From contig JABCTC010000020.1 of the NCBI GenBank assembly GCA_018238545.1, positions 1 to 64,000 of the forward strand: DNA of 64,000 nt, in the 5' to 3' direction. This stretch comes from Candidatus Heimdallarchaeota archaeon (GTDB taxonomy: Archaea > Asgardarchaeota > Heimdallarchaeia > Heimdallarchaeales > Heimdallarchaeaceae). A model generated the notes under the pieces. The model was not told the DNA's origin, made no database searches, and worked only from the letters and a program-made list of their open reading frames with translations. Position numbers and translations under genes: made by a program. Below are positions 18,693-28,755 of this stretch, piece after piece. Position 1 is the first letter of the stretch. Each line of letters starts with the position of its first letter.

Positions 18693-20519
18693 CTATCTTC
18701 CTAAAAGATTCTTTAGAAACTTTAGTGGTCGAATAATAACATAAACTACTAATGGAACCATCAGGAAAAAGAGATAAAAGAAATTATTGTAATTGAATTC
18801 TTCATAAATAGGAATTTCGGCTAATGGATAAGGGTCTGTAGAATTTGAATCACCCAATATCAAGTAAGAACCCGAACCTTCATAATTGGACCACCAATTT
18901 CCCTGTTTGGTTTTTATCTCGTACCACGTATTATTCTGGGAATCATCATAAGCTTGAGGTAATCCATCAACAACTTTCGAAATAAAGCTATTGTGATGAA
19001 CAGTATTGAAATCTGATCCTACTTCTAACAAAAGTCCTAAATTCACCTGTTCTGGGGAGCCGTTATCTTCTAGATGATTATAAGAGATTTCACAATAATC
19101 TGATAAAAGAAGTCTAATCCCAGCAAGACCGTTATTGATGCAAGTATTATTTATTAAGCGATTATTGTTAGAGCTATACAACCAAATCCCAGAGGAAGAT
19201 CCTCCTTCACATAAAGTAGATTTAATTGTGGAATAGTTAGTATTGTGTAGATTTATCCCCCCATATCTATTTTTACAAATAACATTGTTTATTTCTATTT
19301 CTTCAGAGTCATAAATCCATATACTCCACGCAACCGACACCTTTGGCGTATTTACAATTTTAAGATTCTCCATTAAAATATCATTACAATTCCTAAGTGT
19401 AATTCCTATAAAACCTATTTCGCTATTATGATTTTGTATTGTTATGTCATTACCGAACACTATGAATATTTGCCCATAGATGGGTTCAGTTAGTTTAATA
19501 TTCACAGGTTCCTTGAAATAACCAAGGATTAAGTCATTTACAGTATTGTCCTCAAATGTATAAAGAAGATAATTTGCTTCATCATATGTTTCTCTTATGT
19601 CTAAACCAGTAACATAAAGCTTGTTTGATATAACTTCAGTAAAAGGAGATCTGTGAAATGACATTGATTTGTAGTTTGATGTAACAGTGTTATTCAATAC
19701 TTTTGCTGAGATTGAATCTGTTACAGCTATTCCAACATACCCATTATCATTGAAAACAGTGTTGTGTTCAATAATAGCATCATTTGAACTATGGCTTTGT
19801 ATTCCAGCTACGGAATTGTTAATACAAGTATTATTCTCTACTCTGGTTCCATTGGAATAACTGAGTTTTATCCCCGAGGCATGACCATTTTGTATTGCAA
19901 GGTTTTCTCTGACTTCTGAATTCAAACATCCTTCTAGGATGATTCCACCAGAATTCTTTTCACATATGTTGCCAACAATAGTAGCATTAGAGCACTCTTT
20001 TAGATGTATACCTGCCGACCTATCATTATCAAAGCAAATATTATTAATGATTTTGACTCCATGTGAATTTCCCCCCCAAATCCCCACAACATTGCTAAAT
20101 GAACAGCTGTTATTTTCTATTAGTCCATTAGCAAAACCAATGTTCTCAATATGGATTCCTGAAGAAGCAGCTTTTAAGAGACAATTACGTATCACAAAAT
20201 ATTTCGTTGTACTCTCTATTATAATTGCTCTACTGCTAGATGTTGTAATGTTGTAATTTTCGATGATGAAAGGATCATTAATTGTTCCTTCTCCATTGAA
20301 ACCATAATCTGTAAAGTTTTGATCAGAAATAATCTCTATAGCTGGATGTAAGATATATTCAATTGAATAGCTTTCTGAGACTTGCCGGTATTCTGGTAAA
20401 ACTACTCTTTCTACATCATCATTCATCGCAAATTTAGATTGGATAACTTGTGTGTTGGTACTAATGTAGAATAAAGGAAAAACGAAAACAGCAACAATTA
20501 GTAAGCATTTCAATCGCAA
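18693..20519 (-). CDS. Right-handed parallel beta-helix (NosD/CASH) surface protein
   Basis: Signal peptide, G.GT..DPFIIEN, many GI.L..S.N..I.NN repeats, GNWWS...D.YPL, C-terminal TM. Confidence 0.9.
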   Translation of the reverse strand: MRLKCLLIVAVFVFPLFYISTNTQVIQSKFAMNDDVERVVLPEYRQVSESYSIEYILHPAIEIISDQNFTDYGFNGEGTINDPFIIENYNITTSSSRAIIIESTTKYFVIRNCLLKAASSGIHIENIGFANGLIENNSCSFSNVVGIWGGNSHGVKIINNICFDNDRSAGIHLKECSNATIVGNICEKNSGGIILEGCLNSEVRENLAIQNGHASGIKLSYSNGTRVENNTCINNSVAGIQSHSSNDAIIEHNTVFNDNGYVGIAVTDSISAKVLNNTVTSNYKSMSFHRSPFTEVISNKLYVTGLDIRETYDEANYLLYTFEDNTVNDLILGYFKEPVNIKLTEPIYGQIFIVFGNDITIQNHNSEIGFIGITLRNCNDILMENLKIVNTPKVSVAWSIWIYDSEEIEINNVICKNRYGGINLHNTNYSTIKSTLCEGGSSSGIWLYSSNNNRLINNTCINNGLAGIRLLLSDYCEISYNHLEDNGSPEQVNLGLLLEVGSDFNTVHHNSFISKVVDGLPQAYDDSQNNTWYEIKTKQGNWWSNYEGSGSYLILGDSNSTDPYPLAEIPIYEEFNYNNFFYLFFLMVPLVVYVIIRPLKFLKNLLGR

Positions 20520-20570
20520 TAGTATCAGTAAATGATAGTTGAAAAGCTTGATAAGTTTTTTTCATTACAA

Positions 20571-20609
20571 CGCAAAGAGATTTTCTCACGTATTAGGAAA
20601 ATAACCTTG
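20571..20609. repeat. Direct repeat copy 2 (CGCAAAGAGATTTTCTCACGTATTAGGAAAATAACCTTG)
   Basis: Matches 17016-17054. Confidence 0.8.
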
Positions 20610-20701
20610 TTGTTTAGAGGTCCTTATTGGAAGGGAGTGTCTGCCTTACACAGCTGTTTTCTATGGAAAAATTGAACGAAAATTAGATGAGAATTATTAG
20701 A

Positions 20702-21946
20702 TTATTTGTTTTCTAAATATTCTTCATAATTTTCTACATAATGTGTGTTCTGTAGCGGGTAAGGTAATGTTTCAACTACTGTTTTAGTGATCTTGTGGGT
20801 AAACATTATACCTTTTTTAGACATTGTATTGTTCTTAATATATCCCATCAATTTCAGAATAGACACAAAGAGTTTGATTCCAAGGTTTACCTCCCCTTCA
20901 ATAGTACCCTTTAAATCATAAAGCATTCTTGCAAACTTTCGCCAGTCATCACTAGACTTCTCTTTTGTTGCAACGAGTGCCTTATTCTTGCTAGTTTCGG
21001 AGTTTTTCAAATATATGTCAAGCTCTGGATTAACAACTTTCCATGAACCATAAGTGGAGAAAGCAGCGGGTCCAAATCCAAAATAGTCTTCAATTAACTC
21101 GTCTCTTGATGAATCATAGACTTCATCTCCTTTAGCAAAAATCCATATGCCCTTTCTTATATATTCGTGTCTCATCATTATTTCGTTAGCCTTTTCAATG
21201 AGAATAAATTGATCGTCATCTGACAAACTTGGCTGTACAGCTAATTCCCCAATTTGCATAAAAGGATAAATTGTAATTTGATCTGGATTTAGTAAAGAAA
21301 TTTGTTCTATGTCATATAGAAATGAATCAGGTCGTTGTTCTGGAAGGCCTATCATTAGATCCACATTCACCCAAAGTCCAAGCTTTTGAGCTTTTTTAAC
21401 TATTTTTCCGATTTTTTCTTTCTTGGTAACAGTTCTTCCACTTTTAGACAGAGTTACTGCTGATAAACTTTCTACACCTATGCTTATTTTAGTGAATCCG
21501 ATGTCGCGAAGTCCATCTAGATACTTACTATCTATTATAGAGGGGAGCAGTTCTATTCCCATAGTTGAAACAGTGATATTTTCGTGAATTTTGTTAATTA
21601 TCTTTTTTAGTTCTGGAATCTTTAGGGTGTTCGGTGTACCTCCACCAATGTATAACCAGGTAGCCTCCCCTTTCAGTCCACTTCCCTCAATCTCTTTCAT
21701 TATAGCTGAAATATATTGATTTTTCTTCTTTTCATTGAATATTTCTTTATAGAATGGACAAAAAGCACATTTTGAAAAACAAAACGGAACGTGCAAATAT
21801 ACACCAAAGGAACCTTTAGTTACAACCTTTGGAACTTCCTCATATCTATACACTGTTTTCTGAAAAGATTTGACCATCATTTCTTTACTTTTTTTAGTTA
21901 TCATTGTTTTGCACAGTTTAAATTTGGGAAACGCCTTTTTCAACAA
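20702..21946 (-). CDS. HemN-like radical SAM protein
   Basis: YLHVPFCFSKCAFC, YIGGGTP, ISIGVES, VDLMIGLP; start uncertain. Confidence 0.88.
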   Translation of the reverse strand: MLKKAFPKFKLCKTMITKKSKEMMVKSFQKTVYRYEEVPKVVTKGSFGVYLHVPFCFSKCAFCPFYKEIFNEKKKNQYISAIMKEIEGSGLKGEATWLYIGGGTPNTLKIPELKKIINKIHENITVSTMGIELLPSIIDSKYLDGLRDIGFTKISIGVESLSAVTLSKSGRTVTKKEKIGKIVKKAQKLGLWVNVDLMIGLPEQRPDSFLYDIEQISLLNPDQITIYPFMQIGELAVQPSLSDDDQFILIEKANEIMMRHEYIRKGIWIFAKGDEVYDSSRDELIEDYFGFGPAAFSTYGSWKVVNPELDIYLKNSETSKNKALVATKEKSSDDWRKFARMLYDLKGTIEGEVNLGIKLFVSILKLMGYIKNNTMSKKGIMFTHKITKTVVETLPYPLQNTHYVENYEEYLENK

Positions 21947-21976
21947 TAAATAAGTGTTACGATGCGTAAAAGGGTG

Positions 21977-22402
21977 TTACTTTATTGATGCGATAACTAT
22001 GTCGCCTGTTAATACTCCTTTGAACGAGAGGACATCGTCTTTAAATTTATGCAATTCGTGATACTTTCCGCGGAGAATGGTAGTCTCTAAACATAATTCA
22101 TGCGAAACATGAGCATGCATAGTAGAAATAATCAGATTCTCATTCTTATGTTGAAGCTCAGTTAATTTTGCTGTGCTATCAAAATTGTGATGGTCGAAAA
22201 TGTAAGTTAGTGTTCCTACTACTTCGATCTGAGGATTCTTTTCAATATCTTCTTTTACTAGATATTCTCTGATGATGTATCTAATGGCCTCAGATCTGTT
22301 TGGAAATCCTTTTTCCTCGATCCATATATCAAACTTCATTAGTAATTCAGGATCAAAGGAAACACCCGTTCTTGTAACCAATTCCTTCTTACCAGATTTC
22401 AT
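21977..22402 (-). CDS. nikR: Nickel-responsive transcriptional regulator NikR
   Basis: RHH domain (RTGVSFD...NRSEAIR) and Ni ligands QH...H.H....C.E. Confidence 0.93.
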   Translation of the reverse strand: MKSGKKELVTRTGVSFDPELLMKFDIWIEEKGFPNRSEAIRYIIREYLVKEDIEKNPQIEVVGTLTYIFDHHNFDSTAKLTELQHKNENLIISTMHAHVSHELCLETTILRGKYHELHKFKDDVLSFKGVLTGDIVIASIK

Positions 22403-22521
22403 ATTCAGTTTCTGAAGCTCCTTAATTCATAAAAAACTTCCTACTTTTTCATAATACATCCTATAGTTTTGATTCACTTACATTTAAATAAACCAAATTA
22501 GATTAATTATCTAGATTCAAA

Positions 22522-22974
22522 ATGTTTGGGAAAATTACTAAAGAAGATTTTAAGTATGTACTTCTTAACTCGAAGAATGAAATATCTTCTATTTTTGATT
22601 TGCTAGACGAACAAGAAGCATTAGATATATTGTCTCTCCTGTACTTCGAAAATGTTACATATGACACACTAAAAAGAGAGCTATCTCATTTTGACAAAAA
22701 TATTTTATCAAATTACGTAGTAAAATTGTGGGATTTTGGGATTATTGAACTTGATCGTAAGGATAGATATCAACTAACAAAAACTGGCAAAAAATTTCTT
22801 GAAATAACAATACAACTGGTTTTTAATGCCTTTTTCAATGATGAAGTTGTTGATGAAAAGATGAAGACAATCTTAATTCAACATATTGGGAAGGAAGAAC
22901 TAGCAAAATTCAAAAAAGAAATAAAAAGGAATAAGCGTAAAGGTAAACTATATGGTAGGAGTCGCAGCAGATAA
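22522..22974 (+). CDS. Winged helix-turn-helix protein (HxlR/ArsR-like)
   Basis: L...L...GII.......Y.LT..GK pattern. Confidence 0.7.
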   Translation: MFGKITKEDFKYVLLNSKNEISSIFDLLDEQEALDILSLLYFENVTYDTLKRELSHFDKNILSNYVVKLWDFGIIELDRKDRYQLTKTGKKFLEITIQLVFNAFFNDEVVDEKMKTILIQHIGKEELAKFKKEIKRNKRKGKLYGRSRSR

Positions 22975-23082
22975 GCTGTGTTCTCTTACAACAGCTGAAG
23001 AAACTAAATATTGTTACTCATATAACCTTCCATTTTACCTATACCTTTAAATCCGGGTTGAATTCTGTAAGTTGATTGTTGA

Positions 23083-24429
23083 ATGAGTTCGTTATTTTTA
23101 AGCAAAGTGAAGAATCGTTTACCTCCAAGGAATTTGTTGCCTTTATTATTTGCTTACTTATTCGATAGTCTAGCCATATCCAGTTACTGGATATTTTTTG
23201 GTATATGGTTGAATGAAGAGTTAATTACACCTGAAGCAGGATTCCAATATCCTTACTTGATGTTAACCATAGTACTTGCAGTCCCTGGGCTTGTTTCAAT
23301 TATAGGCAGTTCAATATTTAGCACTTTTTCAGATAAGACTGGACGAAGAAAAGAAATTATGTTTATTGCAAGACTGCTACTTATGGCTCAATGTATATTA
23401 CTAATATTTTTCAATAGTGTTCCTTGGCACATTCTTCTAATTTTAGGGGTGTTTGGCGTTCATAATGTGTTCTATATAATGCATAATACTTTGAGTACAA
23501 CAATTTGTCATCCCGATAAACGAGGTGAGGTTTCAAGTTTTCAGATGTTCTTTGCCAGTCTTGGATGGATGATTGGAAGCAGTGTGTCTGGTCTGATCTA
23601 TGAAAATTTGGGCATGATTGGTGGACTAAGTTTTGGTGCTGGATTTGCCCTTATTACAGGAATAGTAACTATGTTCTCACCTTCTAAACCAAGTGTTGAA
23701 GAGGGCGATGAGGTAGGAGATTCAGATATACTTATCCAAAACCCTGAAGAGAATTCATCTGAGAAGATAGAGCTAAGCAACAAAAATCACACCTACAAAT
23801 CAGCTAGTTATTGGCAGATCTTAATTCGTAGAAGCGTTTTATTTCTTCTTGTAGTTTTGGCAGTATTAGATTTTGGTTTTGGTTCTTTCAATATTTTATC
23901 CTCTGTTTATCTTAAAGAAATAGGACTATCGTCAAATTTCATCGGCTATTCAAGCACGATAGCCACTTTTCTTGGAATGATTTTTCTACTATTCATCGGA
24001 AGAATATTAGATAAGAAAGGAAGGAGACCAGTGTTATTAATAGCAATTGCGGCTTATCCGATTTTGTTCTTGTTTATGTATTTATTCTCTGACTATTGGA
24101 TAATTATATTCCTTCTTTATTCTTATCCACTTTATGCTTTAAAGATACCCGCAGCTAATGTGATTATGTCTGATGTTACTAAACCCAAAGAAAGAGCAAG
24201 AGGGATGAGTTTATTGCAATTTCAGAACACTATATTTATTTATATTGGTGCTTTTCTTGGTGCATTTATTGCAGATGTTTCACCAATGGGATTGTTAACC
24301 CTTCCTCTGTTTCCATTATCTTTCGGAGCAATTGCATTTGTTTTAGCAATATTTATGATTAAAGAAACAAATAAGAAACTTCTAGGCAAGAATATTCCAC
24401 AATTTTTAGAAAAGAATCGAACTAGTTAA
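23083..24429 (+). CDS. MFS transporter
   Basis: About 12 TM helices; motif A in both halves (SDKTGRR, LDKKGRR). Confidence 0.92.
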   Translation: MSSLFLSKVKNRLPPRNLLPLLFAYLFDSLAISSYWIFFGIWLNEELITPEAGFQYPYLMLTIVLAVPGLVSIIGSSIFSTFSDKTGRRKEIMFIARLLLMAQCILLIFFNSVPWHILLILGVFGVHNVFYIMHNTLSTTICHPDKRGEVSSFQMFFASLGWMIGSSVSGLIYENLGMIGGLSFGAGFALITGIVTMFSPSKPSVEEGDEVGDSDILIQNPEENSSEKIELSNKNHTYKSASYWQILIRRSVLFLLVVLAVLDFGFGSFNILSSVYLKEIGLSSNFIGYSSTIATFLGMIFLLFIGRILDKKGRRPVLLIAIAAYPILFLFMYLFSDYWIIIFLLYSYPLYALKIPAANVIMSDVTKPKERARGMSLLQFQNTIFIYIGAFLGAFIADVSPMGLLTLPLFPLSFGAIAFVLAIFMIKETNKKLLGKNIPQFLEKNRTS

Positions 24430-24444
24430 AGAAAGATTTGAAAA

Positions 24445-24950
24445 TCAAATTATTATGTTATTAATAATGTCTTTAGTCACCTTGTTATTTTTAACTATAC
24501 CCCATGTGCAGAACTTAAATTGCTCCCATCTCTCAAACAGATTACTACTGTCAATTGCAAGTAAGAATCCGAAATAGAGCGTTAATATTATTCCATGACT
24601 TACTATCAGGATTGTCTTTTCAGTGTGTTCTTTATCTATTTTTGCTATTTCATCTCTAAATCTCTTAAGAGCATTTTCAGCTGTTTCAATAACTCTTTCT
24701 CCTCTATTAAGTTCATTTAAAGCAGAATTTGTAATAATTTTTTTTCTATGCTTTTAGCTATATAGTGTGCAGTTTGAATGGCTTTTTTTTCTGTAGATGA
24801 TAATATTACGTCTACATCAAGAAATATTTTATTATCACAAAGCTGGCTTACTTGCTCTATCCCTTCATCCCTTAAAATCCATTTATAGGCAGGTTTCTTA
24901 GGATCAATTTTAGTTAAAGCATGTCGAAGGAAGATGAATTTGTTATTCAT
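24445..24950 (-). pseudogene. Histidine phosphatase family gene, frameshifted in an A8 tract
   Basis: N-terminal FLRHA...SS.EKKAIQTA. After the A-run at 24738-24745 another frame continues NELNRG...ILIVSHG to TGA at 24445. Confidence 0.8.
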
Positions 24951-25006
24951 TGAATCATTGATGTAAACAAAGCAAGGTATAAAAAAATTGTGAAAAAAAG
25001 AGGGAA

Positions 25007-26677
25007 TTAACAGGAATCTTCGTATAGTTTAACTAACCTGTCTCTAACTGCTTCACTTCTATATTCAGGAAGAATCATTGGCGAATATCTTTTTTCTTTC
25101 ATTTTTAAAGCATCTAATGTTTCTATTGTTTTCCTTACATGATCCAAAGATAATTTTCCTGGATTTCCACCTTTCTTTTTGTATTCTTTAGCTGCTGTTA
25201 TACCTGCTCGTCTTCCGAATACATTTACTTCTAATAGTGAATTACCCATTAAACGATTCTTTCCATGAACTCCGCCAGAGATTTCGCCTGCTGCTAAAAG
25301 ACCTTTGAGCGAAGTATAACAGTTTTCATTATGTAAAACTCCTCCATTTTGATAGTGGAGTGTCGGATAAACAAGAATGGGATCTTTAGTGATATCAATA
25401 TCGAAACGTTGCATCATTCGATACATGGCACTTAGATTTTTCTCAATTGTACCTTTTCCTTTTAGTTCTTCTATCAATGGGCTGTCCAACCAAATACCTC
25501 TCATACCTGTAGGCGTTTCAATGTAATTATCTGTGGATGCACAACATTTGATAAATGAAGAAGCTTCAACATCTCTTGGTTCAAGTGGATAACAAATTTG
25601 TTCTCCATCGTATCCTAATACTTGTCCTCCTAGACTTCTGACTTTCTCAGTTATGAGCAGCCCGAGTATTTGCTCTGGAAAAGCAGCACCTGTAGGGTGG
25701 AATTGGGTAGATTCAAGATTTCGGAGTTTAGCTCCTGCGCGATAAGCTATTACTAATCCATCAGCTGTAGCTCCATAATGGTTAGTTGTTGGAAAACCAG
25801 CAACATGTAATCTACCAAAACCACCTGTTGTTAAGATTGTAACTTTAGCTTTAACTACGAAATACTGCTTAGTTTCGATGTTATAAAGAATAGTTCCAAC
25901 AATTCTTCCTGTTTCATCTGTTAGTAGTTCAACAGCTGGAGAAAATTCTAGGACTGGGATTTCCTTGTTGATGACTTCATCTTTCAAAGTACGGAAAATT
26001 TCCATTCCTGTGTAATCTTTTGAACAGTGCATTCTATTTCTAGATGTACCACCACCTGGATTTTCAACAAAACTTCCATCTGGGTTTTGGTCATACATTA
26101 TCCCTAGTTCTTTGTGCCATTGAATGATTTTTGGTCCATCATTCACTAGAGCTTTTGCCAATTTAGGTTTATTATCAAAATGCCCACCACCTAAAACATC
26201 AAGGTAATGAATGAGAGGAGAATCTACTGGACGATCTGCAGCTTGAATGCCTCCTTGAGCCATAACAGTGTTACAATCACCCAATCTTAATTTAGTAACA
26301 ATTAAGATTTTATCTGCTGGTACTCCTTCTTTTACTGCCCATAAAGCAGCTGAATTGCCTGCACCACCAGCTCCAATTATTAGCACACCAACATCATAAT
26401 CAATTTGAGATAAATCAATATCATCAGGGTTAACTACTGGGTAAGCCTCGATTACATCTGCTACTTCATTAGGTATGTTAATGCCCTTGTTGGGTCCCCA
26501 TCTCAGATCTCTTTTAAATTTTGGATTGTAATCTGGATGATAATTATCAAGCACTTCTTTTCTTTCAGCTTCAGTTAAATCTGCTTTAATTTCAGTCAAA
26601 CGTTTAGCTCTAGTTTTGTTAACATTTTCTATGCTTTTGCGCATATTTTCAGGATATCCTCTTATCATCATAATCAC
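25007..26677 (-). CDS. Fumarate reductase/succinate dehydrogenase-type flavoprotein (TfrA-like)
   Basis: GAGGAG, MAQGG, QFHPTG, TEKVR, HYQNGG, HGKNRLMGNSL. No covalent-FAD His (CNTVMAQGG). Confidence 0.88.
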   Translation of the reverse strand: MIMMIRGYPENMRKSIENVNKTRAKRLTEIKADLTEAERKEVLDNYHPDYNPKFKRDLRWGPNKGINIPNEVADVIEAYPVVNPDDIDLSQIDYDVGVLIIGAGGAGNSAALWAVKEGVPADKILIVTKLRLGDCNTVMAQGGIQAADRPVDSPLIHYLDVLGGGHFDNKPKLAKALVNDGPKIIQWHKELGIMYDQNPDGSFVENPGGGTSRNRMHCSKDYTGMEIFRTLKDEVINKEIPVLEFSPAVELLTDETGRIVGTILYNIETKQYFVVKAKVTILTTGGFGRLHVAGFPTTNHYGATADGLVIAYRAGAKLRNLESTQFHPTGAAFPEQILGLLITEKVRSLGGQVLGYDGEQICYPLEPRDVEASSFIKCCASTDNYIETPTGMRGIWLDSPLIEELKGKGTIEKNLSAMYRMMQRFDIDITKDPILVYPTLHYQNGGVLHNENCYTSLKGLLAAGEISGGVHGKNRLMGNSLLEVNVFGRRAGITAAKEYKKKGGNPGKLSLDHVRKTIETLDALKMKEKRYSPMILPEYRSEAVRDRLVKLYEDSC

Positions 26678-27399
26678 GCCTTTTTCTGATCAACAAAATC
26701 TCTTTCATGATAATATTTGTGTCGTAATTTATCCTCAGGAAGAGACATAAGTTCTTTGAACCCTTCTTCAAAAACACCATCTTCAATTTCTCTTACTCTC
26801 TTTTCAAGAGTTTCTGGAGGTTTCATATTATATTTTCCGTGTAGTCTTCTTACTAAAGTAGCTACATGATATTGTGGGATTTCAGCAGGGCAACGAATTG
26901 CACATAAACCGCATTGCACACAGTCAAAACTCACTGCAGCTGCTTTATCGATTTCCCCATGCAAGCAATGTTGCACATAATCCATAACTTGAATTTCTTG
27001 TGGGCATACTCTTGAGCAAGCGTTGCAACTTAGACATCGAGCCACTTCAGGATAGTAACGAAGTATTGTACTTGCTATAGGATCAAGAGTGTCAATATCA
27101 TATTTTGCTTTATTTGCAGGAACGAAGGGCATTTGTGTGAGATACATTCCTTCTTCAACTTGAGTTTGGCAAGCTAAAGCGGTGTATATTCTGAAATCTC
27201 CTTCCTTGCGATAAACGGTAGCACACGCTCCACAAAAGCCAGCACGACATCCACTGCCTCTTGTAAGTTTGAATCCCGCATATTCTATTGCTTTCATTAT
27301 GGTTAATGATGAAGGAACTTCATACATGCTCCCCATAATGTAAATTTTTACCATCTGGGTTTGATTTTCTGCTTTTGTTTTTGATTTTGTTTTTGCCAT
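26674..27399 (-). CDS. Fumarate reductase-type Fe-S subunit (2Fe-2S plus 2x4Fe-4S), no CCG domain
   Basis: GCRAGFCGAC...AC, CLSCNACSRVCP, CVQCGLCAIRCP. Confidence 0.85.
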   Translation of the reverse strand: MAKTKSKTKAENQTQMVKIYIMGSMYEVPSSLTIMKAIEYAGFKLTRGSGCRAGFCGACATVYRKEGDFRIYTALACQTQVEEGMYLTQMPFVPANKAKYDIDTLDPIASTILRYYPEVARCLSCNACSRVCPQEIQVMDYVQHCLHGEIDKAAAVSFDCVQCGLCAIRCPAEIPQYHVATLVRRLHGKYNMKPPETLEKRVREIEDGVFEEGFKELMSLPEDKLRHKYYHERDFVDQKKA

Positions 27400-27409
27400 T
27401 TTTAACCCT

Positions 27410-28318
27410 CTATTTCTTTTTCCCTAGTAGTCCTAACTCTTTAAGTAAGGTTTTTGGATTTATGTGATGATCTTCAAAATGATTTACTTTTTGTGGTAAT
27501 CCCATTGCTATAGCCATCAGTTGTGTAAAATAAAAAATGGGTATGGGATCTTTTTCTACACCTAGTTTTTCTAATTCTACTTGTTGATTATCAAGATTAT
27601 AAGCACACAAAGGACATGCTACGATCAAAGCATTTGCGCCAGTTTTCTTTGCATTTCTGATGATTTTAACAACTTGAGAATTTACAATATCGTCTCTATC
27701 TACAATATGATAGGAACCACAACATTGTTTGAAGTAAGGCCAATCAACTACTTCAGCTCCCAATGATAGAGCAATACTTTCCATAACTGTGGGCATCTCT
27801 TCGTCATCTATTTTAGCTTTTTCTGGATGTAGAAGCATACAGCCATAATACGAAGCAATTTTCATCCCCTCTAATGGATTAGTTACTTTTTTTGCGATAT
27901 TTTCATAACCAACATTGTCTCTGAGAATTTCTAGAAAATGCTTAACTTCCATATCTCCCTCGTAAACTAAATCATCGTTTTCTAGTTGAAAATTAATTTT
28001 CTCAAGATCATTTGGATTTTCTTTTACTTCTGCATTTACTATTTTCAAAGTAGAATTACACATTGAACATAAGGTTGTAACTTGATTAGGAGAACCCTCT
28101 AATTCTTTAACATGTTTTGATGCTCTAGATAGAACTCTAACTGGAGCAATCCTTCTCATTAAATTATCAGTTGTCATGGTTTGAACTGTTCCACAACAAT
28201 TCCATTCAGGCATTTCTACTAGTTCCGCATCTAATTCTTTAGATACAGCAATTGCTGATTGTTCAAATCCTTTGGCTTCAGTTTTTAAATTACACCCGGG
28301 AAAGTAGGAATTTTTCAT
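27410..28318 (-). CDS. hdrB: Heterodisulfide reductase subunit B
   Basis: YFPGC, WNCCG, CSMC, YYGC, CCG, ACPLC (two CCG domains). Confidence 0.92.
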   Translation of the reverse strand: MKNSYFPGCNLKTEAKGFEQSAIAVSKELDAELVEMPEWNCCGTVQTMTTDNLMRRIAPVRVLSRASKHVKELEGSPNQVTTLCSMCNSTLKIVNAEVKENPNDLEKINFQLENDDLVYEGDMEVKHFLEILRDNVGYENIAKKVTNPLEGMKIASYYGCMLLHPEKAKIDDEEMPTVMESIALSLGAEVVDWPYFKQCCGSYHIVDRDDIVNSQVVKIIRNAKKTGANALIVACPLCAYNLDNQQVELEKLGVEKDPIPIFYFTQLMAIAMGLPQKVNHFEDHHINPKTLLKELGLLGKKK

Positions 28319-28330
28319 TTATTCACCTTA

Positions 28331-28744
28331 TTATAATTCTGATTTTTTACGGAAGCTCCCAACCAATGCAATATTGGGTATCTTCTTCAACAACTCTTCT
28401 GGCAAATCTAGCCTCTCAATTGTTTCTGGTTCATAGCGTAAGGTATACTCACGTATAGCTTCCATAACGGCTGCAACATCAATTTCTCTTGGACATCGAA
28501 CAGTACATGTTAAGCAACTTGCACATACCCAATGGGTATTTGATTGCAGAACCTTCTCCTTTTTTCCTAATTGTACAAGTTGCATTGTATGATTTATTGT
28601 TTTTTCCATAAGGTTACTAAAAGCGCAACCAGCAGAACATTTTCCGCATTGATAACAACTAAAGATGTTCTGTCCAGATATTTCTTCTATCTTTGAAGTG
28701 AACTCTTTTTCAGATTCTCCAAATTCTATATAATCATAAGACAT
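28331..28744 (-). CDS. hdrC: Heterodisulfide reductase subunit C
   Basis: CYQCGKCSAGC, WVCASCLTCTVRCPR. Confidence 0.92.
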   Translation of the reverse strand: MSYDYIEFGESEKEFTSKIEEISGQNIFSCYQCGKCSAGCAFSNLMEKTINHTMQLVQLGKKEKVLQSNTHWVCASCLTCTVRCPREIDVAAVMEAIREYTLRYEPETIERLDLPEELLKKIPNIALVGSFRKKSEL

Positions 28745-28755
28745 ATTTTTCGCCT

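Noticed and set aside
14300-20700. Integron cassette array
   Set aside because: Gene types are cassette-like, but orientations are mixed, no complete attC (RYYYAAC...GTTRRRY with paired arms) was found, and there is no integrase.
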